NCBI GenBank assembly: GCA_030324005.1
Contig: JARDVH010000133.1
Coordinates: 23,412,409-23,476,408, forward strand
DNA from: Negaprion brevirostris
Lineage: Eukaryota
Reading direction: 5' to 3'
Length of the DNA: 64,000 nucleotides
Below the pieces are notes generated by a model. It saw only the letters and a program-made list of their open reading frames with translations, searched no databases and was not told the origin of the DNA. Made by a program: the position numbers and the translations under genes. Position 1 is the stretch's first letter; each line of letters opens with the position of its first letter. Shown here in pieces: positions 24,760-38,263 of the stretch.

Positions 24760-26341
24760 AATGGCTCTAAGAGTGACAAATCTAGATAATGCTCATTCCA
24801 GGGTTTTTAAAGAAGCGGATGAGAGCATTGCAAATACTATAACTAAAGTTCCTTGATTCTGGAACCATTTCTTAGATTGGAAAATTGCAGATGTCATTCT
24901 GTAATTTGAAAAATGTGAGGGAAGAAATCCGGGGTATTATAGACCAGTTTACCTATTAATATGTGATCATGGAATTACTGAAGATGATAATTAAGGATAG
25001 AGTGACTGAACACCGTGAAAATTTTCAGCTGTTCAGAGATAGCATAATTTTGTAAAGGATAGATCTTGTCTGATGAATCTGATTAAATGATTTGAAGCCT
25101 TGACTAAAGTAATGCTCAGGGGAATATTTATTTGTATGAACTTGCAAAAGGCTTTTATCAAAGTTTCTCCTAAGAGTCTGTTAGCTAACGGTTCAGCTCA
25201 TGGCATTGAAGGCAAATTATTGGACACATTAGGAAATAGTATTAGGAGACAGATTGTATGGACATGGATAGAACTCTAAATGTCAGGTTGTGACTAGTGG
25301 TGCCCAACAAGGATCGATGTTGAGGCTCAACTACTCATATTATTACTGACTTAGATCCTGGTATTGAAAGCTGCTAACCAAATATGCTGATGGTGCAAAG
25401 AGAGGCAGCATTAAGGTAGTGTAGATAAAAGCATAGAATTACAAGGCAATATTAACAGATGAATTTCAATGTGGAGAAACTGTGAGCCGTCCATTTTAAA
25501 GCTAAAAGCAGCAGAATAGTGTTCCTTCTAAATGGTGAAAAGATCTTTGGGGTCCGAGTAACAAGTCATTAAAATGTTCTTAACAGATACACAAAATAAT
25601 AAAAAGGCAAACAAAATACTGGCCTTTATATTTTAGAGGGATAGAATATATGGAGTTAGATGTTAAACTTCAATTATACAAGGCCCTAATTAGACCACAC
25701 CTAGAGTAGTGTTAGCAGTTCTGGGCACCACACTTTAGGAAGGACAATACTAGCGTTTGTGAGAGTGCAGCATGGTACCTGAACTCCAAAGTTCAAGGTA
25801 GGAGAGATTGCCAAGTATGTATTTCCTAGAATCTAGAAGGTTAAGGTGATTTGCTTTAAGTTTTCAAGATAGTAAGGGAAATAGATATGATAGCCAGAGT
25901 GAAACTATTTTCACTGGTTGGGAAGGTTAAGATTAACGGACTGATCAAAAAATTAGACTTAGACTGTCTAGGACTAAAAATAAGGGAAAGCTAGTAAAAC
26001 TTGGAAATGAAGGGTACCAGTAGAACCTTTCTGAACTTGTATACCTTAAAAGGAGACTCCAGTACTATTCATTTTTACAAGGATTTGAAAATTTTGAACC
26101 AGTCTTTCACTCTGGGGAAACACGTATACAAAAGACAGTGGAAGTTTAAAACTTCTTTTGTAAATGGCAATTTATACTGAATCAATTATTAGTTTTAAAT
26201 TTAAAAAATTATAATTTTTGTTAACTGCAGAAATGAAAGGATAAGGGGCTTAGGCAGGTATGTGGAGTAAGGTTGTAGTTACCATTGAATGGCAAACGGG
26301 CTTGAGGAGCTAAAAAGCCTACTCCTGTTCCAATGTTCTTA
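24760..26341 (+). mobile_element. Old CR1 LINE (RT region to 3' tail)
   Basis: Decayed motifs DWKIADV, YRPV, VTSGAQQGS, LYKALIRPHLE..QFWAPH and tail GGCTTGAGGAGCTAAAAAGCCTACTCCTGTTCCAATGTTCTT. Confidence 0.75.
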
Positions 26342-26461
26342 CGCATGACCTATCTCAGTTGCACATATGTGTTTGTGGTGAAGTTGGGAACAATGACAGT
26401 TTTCTTGTACTTTAATAATGAAGAGTACTGCTTATATTGATTTTCAAGACATTAGTGAAGA

Positions 26462-28980
26462 TTGCAGAGAGCATAGCGATGAAGTTACTGGATTAGTAAT
26501 CCAGTGGCCTGAACTAATGCTGCGCAGAGATGAAATAAAATTCCAGCATGGTAGATTTAATTTTATTGTTGTCATATGTATTGGGATACAGTAAAATGTA
26601 TTGTTTCTTGCGCACTGTAGAGACAAAGCTTACATTCATAGAGTACGTAGGGGAGAAGGAAAGGAGAGAGTGCAGAATGTAGTGTTACAATCATTGCTAG
26701 GGTGTAGAGAAAGATCAGCCTAATATATGCTAGGTCCATTAAAACGTCTGAAGGCAGCAGGGAAGGAGCTGTTCTTGAGTTGGTTGGTACGTGACCTCAG
26801 ACTTTTGTATCTTTTTCCCGATGGAAGAGAGTATGTCTGAGGTACGTGAGGTCCTTGATTATGCTGGCTGCTTTTCCGATGCAACGGGAAGTACAGATAG
26901 AGTCAATGGATGGGATGCCTGATGGACTGGGCTTTATTCACAACCCTTTGTAGTTTATTGTGGTCTTGAACAGAGCAGGAGCCTTTCCAAGCTGTGATAT
27001 AACCAGAAGAATGCTTTCTATAGTGCATCTGTAAAAATTGGTGAGAGTTGTAGCGGACATGCCAAATGTCCTTAGACTCGTGAGAAAATAGAGGTATTGG
27101 TGTGCTTTACTAACTATAGCGTCAGCCTGGAGGCACCAGGACAGGTATTTGGACATCTGGAAACTTGAAGCTGCCAACCATTTCCACTTTTCACTGTTGA
27201 TGTAGACGGGCATGTTCTCCGTTACGTTTTCTGAAGTCAATGACTATCTGTTTCATTTAACTGACATTAAAGGAGAAATTATTGTCGTTGCACCATTTCA
27301 CCAGATTCTCTATCTCTTTCCTGTACTCCGTCTCGTCTTTGTTTGAGATCCGACCCACTACAGTTGGAGGAGAATTTGGCCACACAGACATAAGTGTATA
27401 AGGAGTGTAGTGAGGGGCTGTGGACACAGCCTTGCAGGGCACCCCATCTTGAGAATAACTGTGGGGGACGTGTCATTGTCTATCATTACTGATTGCGGTC
27501 TGTGGATTAGAAAATCTCGGATCTGGTTGCAGAGGGAGGAGCTAAACCCCAGGCCATGGAGTCTGGAGATGAATTTTGTTGGGATAATAGTGTTGAAGGC
27601 TGAGTTGTAGTCAATAAATAGAAGTCTGACATAAGTGTCCTTATTATCCAGATGTTCCAGGGTTGAGCATTTGGCTAGGGAGATGCCTCTGCTGTGAACC
27701 TGTTGCGGAGACAGGTGAATCGTAGAGGATCCAGGCTGGAGCTGATATACGCCATGTTGTCCTTTTGAAGCATCTTGAAATAATGGATGTCAGAGCCACC
27801 AGGTAGTAGTCATTAAGGCACGCTGCTTGGCTTTTCTTTTGTACAGGGATGATGGTCATCTTCTTGAAGCAGGTAGGGTCCCCAGATCGATGTAAGGAGA
27901 GGTTAAAATTGTCTGCAAGCTGGTCTGCACAGGATCTGAGTGCTCATCCAGGTACCCCGTCTGGACCAGTTGCTTTCCGTGGGTTAACTTTCAAGAAGGT
28001 TGATCAGACATCTGCGATGGTAATCTTGGATACCAGTTTGATCGAGGCTTCCGGGCGGATGATGTCCTCCAGCTGACATCTTGCTCAAAATGGGCGTAGA
28101 ATATGTTGAGCTCATCGGGCAGGGGAGCATTGTTGCCAGTGATTCTACACGTCTTTACCTTGTAGTCTATATTTTGTAGACCTTGCCGTAATTGGTGAGT
28201 GTTCCTGTGGCTAACCTCAGAGTATAGCTTGGTCCTGTACTGTCTCTTGGCATCTATGATGATTCTCCATAGATCATATCTAGACTTCTTGTATATGAAT
28301 TCCTCAAATCTGGATTTCAGTAAGCAGTGGCTGTCTCTGTTCATCCATAGATTCCAATTAGGAAACACACAGATTTGCTTCTTTGGCTCACAGTCTTCTA
28401 TGAACTTGCTAACGAAGTCTGTTATCGTAGTGACGTATTCATTTGGGTTAGTTGCTGAGTTGTTAAATATTGAGCAGTCCACTGACTTGAAGCTGTTCTG
28501 TAGGAGGTCACCCAATTCCTCAGACCAACATTGCATGAGTTTCTTTATTGGATTCTCCCATTTCAGTTTTTGCTTGTAAGTTGGAAGCAAGAGCACAGTC
28601 TTGTGATCTGATTTGCCAAAGTGTGGTTGGACAATAGAGCAGTAGGCATGTTTGATGATAGCTAGGGGCATTTAAATTTAATTAATTAATAAATCTAGAT
28701 TAACAATTATTAATAATGATCATGAAAATACCAGAGTGTTGGAAAATACATCTGGTTCACAAATGTCTTTCAGGGGCAAAATCTTCCATCTTTAGCCTTT
28801 CTGGTCTATATGTGACTCCAGACCCTGAGTAATATGGTTGACTCATAGTTGCTTAGAAAAAAGCATTAAGAGTGTATCCATACAACATGGATTGAACCAA
28901 TTACAAACCACCTTTTCAAGGGCAATTAGGGATGGGAAATAATTGCTTGTTTAGCCAGTGATGCTCGCATCCCAAAAACA
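26462..28980 (+). mobile_element. tRNA-derived SINE split by the Rex/Babar insertion (halves ~26462-26553 and ~28667-28980)
   Basis: Joined halves match the intact inverse copy at ~56445-56820 (..ACTGGATTAGTAATCCAG..TAATGCT.. / ..GTGACTCCAGACCC..AAGGGCAATTAGGGATGGG). Confidence 0.6.
26555..28670 (-). mobile_element. Rex1/Babar-clade LINE, 5'-truncated and frameshifted
   Basis: ORFs 27991-28671 (PHFGKSDHKTVLLLPTYKQKLK), 27644-27859 (IIPVQKKS..CLNDYYLVALTSII..CFKR), 27257-27442 (VVGRISNKDETEYRKEIENLVKWC..N) and 26938-27240 (LTNFYRCTIESIL). Confidence 0.8.
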
Positions 28981-30599
28981 AATATGAAAAATATTCCTTT
29001 GCTATGCGCTCATATATTATGAAATGTTAACCAATATTTTAAGATGTTGGATAATTTATTAATTATCATATGTCACTCAGGTTAGATATTTTGGCAATGT
29101 ATTGAAAATGTTGCACAATTGGTTTTTGCACAGTCTGTAAAGATTCTAGACGCGGCCAAAACATTGCCTTCAAATGCCTCTGGAGAATATACTTACTAAA
29201 AGTGGTTTCAAAACTTCTGAAGCGAATACTTATTGAAAATTATTTGAAACACATTTGTCATTGTATTAAACTTCTCTAAAACCAATGCTGTTGGCAGTAA
29301 TACAGTCCGGTTTAGACATGTCTAATGTATTTGCAGCAACAACAATAATAACGTTTATGTGTGTGTGTCAGTGCGTGCAGAGTGTACTTTGGACTTATCT
29401 GAGATGAAGGCTCTTTAATTGGCAAAGGAGCCCAAGAGGGCTGGCTCAACCTAATACCTGAAATTTAGAGGTGCTTGGAACCTTCGGCATAAATATTTAA
29501 TTTCTTGATGTTTTGTCAGATACATAAACATATCTGTTGTGAATTTCAATGGTGCCATTAAATGTAATCAGTGTCTTTTTTTGCCTGTATATGGCATGAA
29601 GTGAAGGTTTGAAGACAATAAGGCATGGTAGTAAACAAAGGTTAAATAGTTGTGTGTTGAAACAAAAATGTGTTACTTTTTGGTATAAAACCAGTAACTG
29701 ACGAGTACCAAATGTTTGCTTCAGTTAACACTTTGAAATCCTTGGTGTTTCCTGATCAAGGTACCAGAATTAGGTTTCTCAAATCTCAGAACATTTGCAA
29801 TACTATTAGAACTCTTCCAAGGTTAGAAACCCTGTGTGATAAATTTCAGTTTCTAAAATTGCAGTTATAACTTTTTAGGGAATTAAGTGATATTTCCATC
29901 TGAGAACTTTCAATGAAACTGTTGAGCAAAGTCTATATTGATATGGTGTATTTTCCTTGTAAAAGTTTAAGAAAAATTATTTTTCAAATGCTAGAACAAT
30001 AAATTGTATTTTATCCATAGGTGCCAGTGGGTAAATTTATGAACTTTCAAATTTACTTCCTTATATTTGAAATATGTAAATTTGTATAGCCCCTATCACA
30101 TCATTAAAATACATCAAAGCACTTTGTGTAATTAATTACTTATGGAGTTGCAGTTATCATTGTCCTATAGGGAAACGATTCAATAATTTATGCTTTTGAC
30201 ATATATACCAAGCAGCAGAGAAGAATGAAAAACCATAATTTGTTATTCTGAGGCATGTAACAACACCTGCTATGCGTCAGACATGTCCTTGCAGGTTTGG
30301 GTTTTCAAATTTTTTTGCACAATGCTGCAGGAAGTGTGAGTTTATAATACTGTGTATCTGGTATTTGAGAGGATGCTGCGTAGCTCCTCTGTAATTAACA
30401 CGATTGTCAAAAAAGTAGTCAAGCTGAAATGGGCAAGACTTTACATGATGTGGTCAGTTTAGTTTGTGTCTACCTTGCAAATACAGTAACCTCAATCAAT
30501 GCATTTCTGTTGTGAGCCAGAAGTGAGATGCCCATTTTCCCAAAATTGAGCAAAGCAGCTTGTGCAGCATTTTTTTGAATTTGACCGTGCATCTGCCTC

Positions 30600-31830
30600 T
30601 TAGAACATAGAACATAGAAAACTACAGCACAAACAGGCCCTGTGGCCCACAAGTTGCGCTGATCATATCCCTACCTACTAGGCCTATCTATAACCCTNNN
30701 NNNNNNNNNNNNNNNNNNNNNNNNNNNNNNNNNNNNNNNNNNNNNNNNNNNNNNNNNNNNNNNNNNNNNNNNNNNNNNNNNNNNNNNNNNNNNNNNNNNN
30801 NNNNNNNNNNNNNNNNNNNNNNNNNNNNNNNNNNNNNNNNNNNNNNNNNNNNNNNNNNNNNNNNNNNNNNNNNNNNNNNNNNNNNNNNNNNNNNNNNNNN
30901 NNNNNNNNNNNNNNNNNNNNNNNNNNNNNNNNNNNNNNNNNNNNNNNNNNNNNNNNNNNNNNNNNNNNNNNNNNNNNNNNNNNNNNNNNNNNNNNNNNNN
31001 NNNNNNNNNNNNNNNNNNNNNNNNNNNNNNNNNNNNNNNNNNNNNNNNNNNNNNNNNNNNNNNNNNNNNNNNNNNNNNNNNNNNNNNNNNNNNNNNNNNN
31101 NNNNNNNNNNNNNNNNNNNNNNNNNNNNNNNNNNNNNNNNNNNNNNNNNNNNNNNNNNNNNNNNNNNNNNNNNNNNNNNNNNNNNNNNNNNNNNNNNNNN
31201 NNNNNNNNNNNNNNNNNNNNNNNNNNNNNNNNNNNNNNNNNNNNNNNNNNNNNNNNNNNNNNNNNNNNNNNNNNNNNNNNNNNNNNNNNNNNNNNNNNNN
31301 NNNNNNNNNNNNNNNNNNNNNNNNNNNNNNNNNNNNNNNNNNNNNNNNNNNNNNNNNNNNNNNNNNNNNNNNNNNNNNNNNNNNNNNNNNNNNNNNNNNN
31401 NNNNNNNNNNNNNNNNNNNNNNNNNNNNNNNNNNNNNNNNNNNNNNNNNNNNNNNNNNNNNNNNNNNNNNNNNNNNNNNNNNNNNNNNNNNNNNNNNNNN
31501 NNNNNNNNNNNNNNNNNNNNNNNNNNNNNNNNNNNNNNNNNNNNNNNNNNNNNNNNNNNNNNNNNNNNNNNNNNNNNNNNNNNNNNNNNNNNNNNNNNNN
31601 NNNNNNNNNNNNNNNNNNNNNNNNNNNNNNNNNNNNNNNNNNNNNNNNNNNNNNNNNNNNNNNNNNNNNAATAACTATCATCAAAGGCACACTAATCCCA
31701 TTTTCCTGCACTTGTTCTATACCCTTGAATGTCATGATATTTCAAGTGCTCATCCAAATATTTTTTAAAGGTTGTAAGATTTCCAACCTCCATGACCTTC
31801 CTAGGCAGTGCATTCCAGATTCCCACCATT
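30600..31830 (-). mobile_element. CR1 LINE 3' end(s) spanning an assembly gap
   Basis: (AGAACAT)n tail plus ACAGGCCCTGTGGCCCAC at 30601-30650; CR1 3' UTR-like sequence after the gap. Confidence 0.6.
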
Positions 31831-33116
31831 GCTATTACCTGAGCATAACTGCTAAATTATTAAATAGTTTTTTGTAATTATATACATCCTCATTTTGGTT
31901 ACAGATTAACATTGAAAATCTAATTTTGTGCTATTAAAACAATTTGACACATGAACATCAATGCTAGTGAAATTTAAGGCTGTCACCAAACTTTAGACCC
32001 AGTACTTGGTGGTTATCTACTCAATGTTGACTGGTTCCTAACACCAACATCATTGTTCCCAGATAGGAAAGAAACAAATGACATTTAGTTTAGTTAAGTG
32101 GTGTTCAACCAATGGAATAAACTGCTGCAAAATTTGGTGCAATAAGTATATCAACCTAATATCAGAAAACCATTAGCTTTTATAAATGATAGATTTATCA
32201 TAGGGGGAAGAAAGGGAATATTAGGTGAACAGGCTAGATGACCCACTTGTCTTCTGTTGCCTGAAATACTTTACTACCCTTGTTTTTTCTGTAACCAATG
32301 CATTGTATAATAGTTTCAAGGTACTGTTCTCGAGCTCCATATTCACCATTAGCAAATTTGGAAGGGGGATTTAAGGTCCACCTATCTAAATTTGGCTTTG
32401 GCCATAAAATGTGATCATAGCCTACCAAGATAACTTAGAAGTGACTTAATATGACCAAATTTAATGATTGGAATAGAAAGCGTTGAAGATTGCACATGTG
32501 AAGAACCTCCCTTGGAGGGTGTGAATCTCTTTGCTAAATCAAGTAAACAAGTTTCCTCCTACTTATAATGTTGAGATTAAATATTTGTTCTCCAAACAGA
32601 TAAACTTTTTAGTGCCTACACTGCCCTTCCCCCACAAACAGTTCTTCAGGATATATGTTATCATCCTTGGCTTTTCTTTTTTCTATATGTTTGCTTTTAA
32701 ATCTGAGACACTTTTGTCTTTTGATCATTTTAATTCTTTGCAATGATACAGATGGAAACATTTTTCTTGATGAAAAATCAGATTATTTTTTATCCAATGT
32801 ATTGTATTATATTATATGTTATACTACAAGACCAGAAACGATTCTGATCCCTATTTAATCATTCCTTTTTATATATTGACAATGCTGTCCCATGATGATA
32901 TCAGCTGTCTTAGATATAAAAGATATGAGAATGTAGAATATAAAAGAGACTACAGAAAGAGTTAGGTGAATAAGGGAGTGAGCAAGGATACAGCAGATGA
33001 AATATGAAGTTATCCACATTTGGAAATTATTTGAAAAAAAGATTTGATTGGTGCTGCACTTGTTAAGATCATTCCTTGATATTATGGATGGTCATATTCT
33101 TTAATGCTGGCAGTGA

Positions 33117-33188
33117 CATAAGAACATAAGAAATAGGAGCAGGAGTAGGCCATCTAGCCCTTTGAGCCTGCCCCGCCATTCAATAAGA
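33117..33188 (-). mobile_element. Young CR1 3' tail next to a gap
   Basis: CATAAGAACATAAGAAATAGGAGCAGGAGTAGGCCATCTAGCCC is near-identical to the inverse copy at 55102-55152. Confidence 0.7.
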
Positions 33189-33917
33189 NNNNNNNNNNNN
33201 NNNNNNNNNNNNNNNNNNNNNNNNNNNNNNNNNNNNNNNNNNNNNNNNNNNNNNNNNNNNNNNNNNNNNNNNNNNNNNNNNNNNNNNNNNNNNNNNNNNN
33301 NNNNNNNNNNNNNNNNNNNNNNNNNNNNNNNNNNNNNNNNNNNNNNNNNNNNNNNNNNNNNNNNNNNNNNNNNNNNNNNNNNNNNNNNNNNNNNNNNNNN
33401 NNNNNNNNNNNNNNNNNNNNNNNNNNNNNNNNNNNNNNNNNNNNNNNNNNNNNNNNNNNNNNNNNNNNNNNNNNNNNNNNNNNNNNNNNNNNNNNNNNNN
33501 NNNNNNNNNNNNNNNNNNNNNNNNNNNNNNNNNNNNNNNNNNNNNNNNNNNNNNNNNNNNNNNNNNNNNNNNNNNNNNNNNNNNNNNNNNNNNNNNNNNN
33601 NNNNNNNNNNNNNNNNNNNNNNNNNNNNNNNNNNNNNNNNNNNNNNNNNNNNNNNNNNNNNNNNNNNNNNNNNNNNNNNNNNNNNNNNNNNNNNNNNNNN
33701 NNNNNNNNNNNNNNNNNNNNNNNNNNNNNNNNNNNNNNNNNNNNNNNNNNNNNNNNNNNNNNNNNNNNNNNNNNNNNNNNNNNNNNNNNNNNNNNNNNNN
33801 NNNNNNNNNNNNNNNNNNNNNNNNNNNNNNNNNNNNNNNNNNNNNNNNNNNNNNNNNNNNNNNNNNNNNNNNNNNNNNNNNNNNNNNNNNNNNNNNNNNN
33901 NNNNNNNNNNNNNNNNC

Positions 33918-34445
33918 CAAAGCCGCTCCATCTGCAAGGCAGAAGTGGGGTGAATACTTTCCACATACCTGGATGAGTGCAACTCCAACAACATTTAAGG
34001 AGCTCAATACCATCCAGGACAAAGCAGCTGATTGCTCAGCACTCCATCCACCATCTTGACCATCCGCTCCCTCCACCACCAATGCGCTGTGGTAGCAGTG
34101 TGTACCAAATACAAGATGCATTGCAGGATCTCGCTATGGGTTCTTCAGCAGCACCTTCAAGAACCCTTGCATTCTGATATCTAAATGAGAATAGCGGCAT
34201 CAGACACATGGAAAAATTAGCACCTGCAAGTTACCCTCTAAGTCTCACAACATCCTGACTTGGAAATATATGGTTGTTCCTCCACTTTTGCTGGATCAAA
34301 GTCCTGGAACCTCCATCCCCAACAGCACTGTGGACATCATGTGAGTTACAGTGGTTAAGAAAGTGACTCACTAACATCTTCTCATGGGTATTTAGGGATG
34401 GACAATAAATGCTGGCCTTGCAAAGTTCAGATGTCAGAAATGAAT
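33918..34445 (+). mobile_element. CR1/L2-type LINE 3' fragment
   Basis: EYFPHTWMSATPTTFKELNTIQDKAA-like coding; tail TAGGGATGGACAATAAATGCTGGCCTTGC shared with the SINE at 28667-28980; related pieces at ~23310-23545 and ~45955-46060. Confidence 0.6.
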
Positions 34446-35602
34446 GCAACTACTTTTTGAAAAAGCACACAGCAGAAGTGTTCATTTCTGGACACTACTT
34501 TAAAAGGATATCTAGGCCTTGAAGAAAATACAGAAGATATTTGTTAGCATGGTACCACGAATGAGATATTCAGACTGGAGGAGCTAGGATTGTTCTGTTT
34601 AGAGCAAAGGTGAAGAGAAGATCTGGTGTTCAAAATCATGAACAATTTTGCCTGAGTAAATGAGTAGAAATTTACAATGGCTGAAAATTCAATAAACAGG
34701 GAACACAGATTTAAGGTGAATGCCAAACTAATCGGTGCTGGCATGGAAAAGTTTTATTTTTAAATAGCAAGCTGTTATGATCTAGAATACACAGCCTAAA
34801 AGGCTGATGCAAGCAGATTAAGTAACATTCAATGGTGAATTGGATAAAAATACATGTGTATTAGTGATAGTCATATTAGTTTGTGTTTACGTTGAGTAGA
34901 CATTTCCATGTACCTCCTGTAGATAACATGGTAATTCCAGCAGAAGGACACATTCTATTTAGAGTTGTCTTCCTAACTACAGAAGGTAGCAATGGAAAAA
35001 AAACTTTATATAATATTGATAATATAATAAATATACATAGGGTTATATAGTGTGGAATCTCCAACAAACAGCTGACAGACACGATGGGTCAAACGTCCCT
35101 TTCTGTGCTGAATTGTTATAATTCCAAATGCACAGACTGATTTGAAATCATGAGAAAATCATATTGTTCTGCGATAGGGTATTTGATATGTGACAAGCTA
35201 GCACCCTATTTTCATAAATTGTAACAAAAATGAACACGGTAGCTCAGTTAAACAAGGACACCTAAGTAGGAAGTGAATATCACATAATTATGCAACACTC
35301 TTATGTCATCTAGTTGCTTAGATTTAGTTTCAAACTGTACTTTTGTCTTGACATGGAGGTTGTTGCTTTGTCTGGACTCTACTAGCTTGATGTACCAAAT
35401 AGCCTACTTCTGCACCCAATTCTTAACAACGGTTCTTAATTTTTAAAAATTTATTAATGTTTAAATCTTCAGTTCATTAGGCCCATATTATACAAAGGCT
35501 GTGGCTTTTCATCAACTGTGATATTAAGTATATGAAATTTTAATCAAATGAATTTAGTTTAAAAGACATTCTCTTTTTGATCATCTAGTTACCTAAAGAT
35601 GT

Positions 35603-35820
35603 GTAGTAACTCCACAGAGGCAAAGGTCCTGTCACCAAAAGTTCCTTTATTTACAAGACATACTATACAACAGAATGCTCCCTGCTTCAGCAGGCAGAGT
35701 GACTGACACACCTGCTATAAATAGGAAACTGGAGGGTCCCTGATTGAGTCCTAATTGATGGCCCAATCAGGGAGTTTGTACTCCAGCAGGCCAACCTCAT
35801 TTGCTTGACTGAAGTTATTA
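35603..35820. mobile_element. Probable short solo LTR
   Basis: TGTAGTAAC start, TTTATT (AATAAA on minus), TATAAA, internal inverted TCCCTGATTG / CAATCAGGGA. Confidence 0.4.
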
Positions 35821-35917
35821 ATTCATCTTGTGATGACTTTTGTAACAAGCAGTCTGGTTTTTAAATGCGGGAGCTACAGTTGCATGGAATTAAGAAATTT
35901 TGTTCTTTTTTTTCCAG

Positions 35918-35992
35918 ATTAAGCTACGAAATCCAAGTTCTGTTTTAGAGAGAGCCAGATCAAGTTTTCTGGATAAAAATGAAGATACCTAA
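35918..35992 (+). CDS. MORN3: MORN3 last coding exon (75 bp including stop)
   Basis: Strong acceptor TTGTTCTTTTTTTTCCAG; phase-0 IKLRNPSSVLERARSSFLDKNEDT-TAA aligns with the MORN3 C-terminus (human VKILDPDGVLAEA...). Confidence 0.85.
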   Translation: MKLRNPSSVLERARSSFLDKNEDT

Positions 35993-38263
35993 TTGTTGAC
36001 ATTTCATCTCATCCTTGACTTCAAGATAGCAAAATTACAAACTTTGTAATATGTCTGTCCTTTTCAAAGTGGCACATACAATCAATCTCATGTACATTAG
36101 TTCTAAATTTATATTTTGTACTCAACCACTCACATTTACTGCAACATTTCCAGCAGGACATTTCTAGAAAACATTGACACTGGACCGAAGAATAACCCAC
36201 TGCATGTAAATTGAATACCTGGTGGGTAAACATTCATCTATAAGTAAGTAATGATAAGTGCTTTGGTGAAGACTCTCCAGTGCAGTAATGTGCTGGTGGT
36301 GGTATCTGCATCCTTAAATGGTGAACTTTTAATTTTCTCCCAGTTTCTATTTGCCTAGTTCTCACTTCCATTCTATATTGAATGGTTTCCTATTACCTCA
36401 AATCAGTATGTGCTGTTTAAATGCCTTACAGGTTGTGTAATTACATTTCTTGTGGATTTTCTCATTTAGTTCCTTTTAAGTTTTGTTCATCTGTAATATC
36501 CTCCTCTTTTGCTGAAAAGTATGTATGCTAAAAAGTTAGCTCATTGGTTCAGATGATGGCTTGGTAGCTCCAATATTGTCTGTTGTAAGATTTCCAGCTT
36601 CTGAACTTTTTGCTTTATATGATCCAGTGTGTTGTTTCTCCCCTTGTATTGAGCAAGTTATTCTAATTTTCATCATTTAAATTTATGAAAACAGAAAACT
36701 GTTGCAACAGAAAGATCTATGTTTGTTTTAATTGCTTGTTATACATAGGAGCAGAATCAATATTCTTCTCCCTATCGAGTGATTCTGTTGGGAGTGAGTG
36801 TGAAGACAGAATGAAATGCTCTGAAGTGCTGTCACCATAATCAAATAACATTGGGAAACAAATGCATCAAAATTAACTCAAAAAAGGACATTTACAAGAC
36901 GACCAAAGAAAAGAAAAATAATCCAGACTCTTGAATAATTTTACATTGCATCAAAGTTTGGAATAACTGCATTAAATTAGACACCATGTTGACAGACACA
37001 GCCAGTGTACATGCAAGGTCTCAAATTGTCCAATACTGGTTGCAAGTTTCCATTTATTCAGGCTTCAATTAAAATTTGTTAATTAACCAATTTAATTACC
37101 ATAGTCAGAAAATTCTGATTTCAGTAATCAACATTATGCACAAGACCAATTTTTATAAGAATTTATTAAATGATTTTTGCTGAATCTTTCCTGAAAGCTC
37201 ACTGCTACAGAACTTTAAATGGGAAACTAAAGTTGAAAACGAAACCCAGGCACTAGTTAAAAACAGATAAAGCTTTATATTAAATAATACTCAATTATTT
37301 TTCATGACTAGGCTTGTGTGTCATGTTGTTCTTCAAATTCAGCTAACAGATGGACATTCAATAAATAATAACTATGTAAAATGAAATGTCATTTAGAAAT
37401 CCCACCTAAGTATAAATAACACCTTGTAGGTTTATACAATTTTCTTACAATACATTTTTATTAGTCATTTAATGTGGAAACATTTAACAGGGTACCATTT
37501 TTGATTTTGTACATTAATAAAATTAGGATGCTAGATTTTATTGCTGAGCCTGACCCTATTATTATTTCAGATACAGCTTGGAGGACAAGTTTTTTTTTGC
37601 ACAGCATATTTCAGACATTAATTTCTCCTTTAATGTAGATTTATAATTTGTAAATTTTTGACCAAGTTGAAAATTGTACTTTTCCATTAATCAAAAACAC
37701 TTTTTGAAGCATTTGCTAAATCATTGTCTAAAGAAGACTGCATATTTTAAAAATATTGGGCAAATGCTTTACTTGGAGATGCAGTAAAATATCACAATTT
37801 CTTCAAGTACATGATCAAGCTGAGTTGTTATGGACAGCTACCAGAAATTAAAAAGGCAATATAGATTTAAAATATCCTGTCAGAATGATATGTTCAGTGA
37901 AATAGAAATAGTTAGTTGACTAGCCTGCGAAATATCAATTGCCACTGATGGAAACGTGGAAGAAAGGAAGAGGAAAATGTTGATGGGGCTGGAGAATGAA
38001 CTCATGTACTCATCTGGAACACAAATATTGACATTAAGCAATTGAGCCAAATGAACTTTAAGATTCCTGTATTGTGAATTACTTGTAATTGCAAAACAAA
38101 GATATATAATGCTTGGAAATTAATTACATTAAATTGGAATCACATTGTGATATTGCCTACAGGAGCCAAGAAAATAAAGTAATAAGTTTAGAAATGGCAG
38201 AAGAGCAATGTAGTGCCTGAGGCTTAACTTTCCAGGTGGACTTTGGCTACCAGATCAACTTTT

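Noticed and set aside
27991-28671. 226-aa ORF as a host gene
   Set aside because: It is the endonuclease-to-RT linker of a frameshifted Rex/Babar LINE.
30671-34121. Long ORFs of 263-354 aa (also 49683-50654, 52053-52479, 57243-57668)
   Set aside because: They are open only because they cross runs of N.
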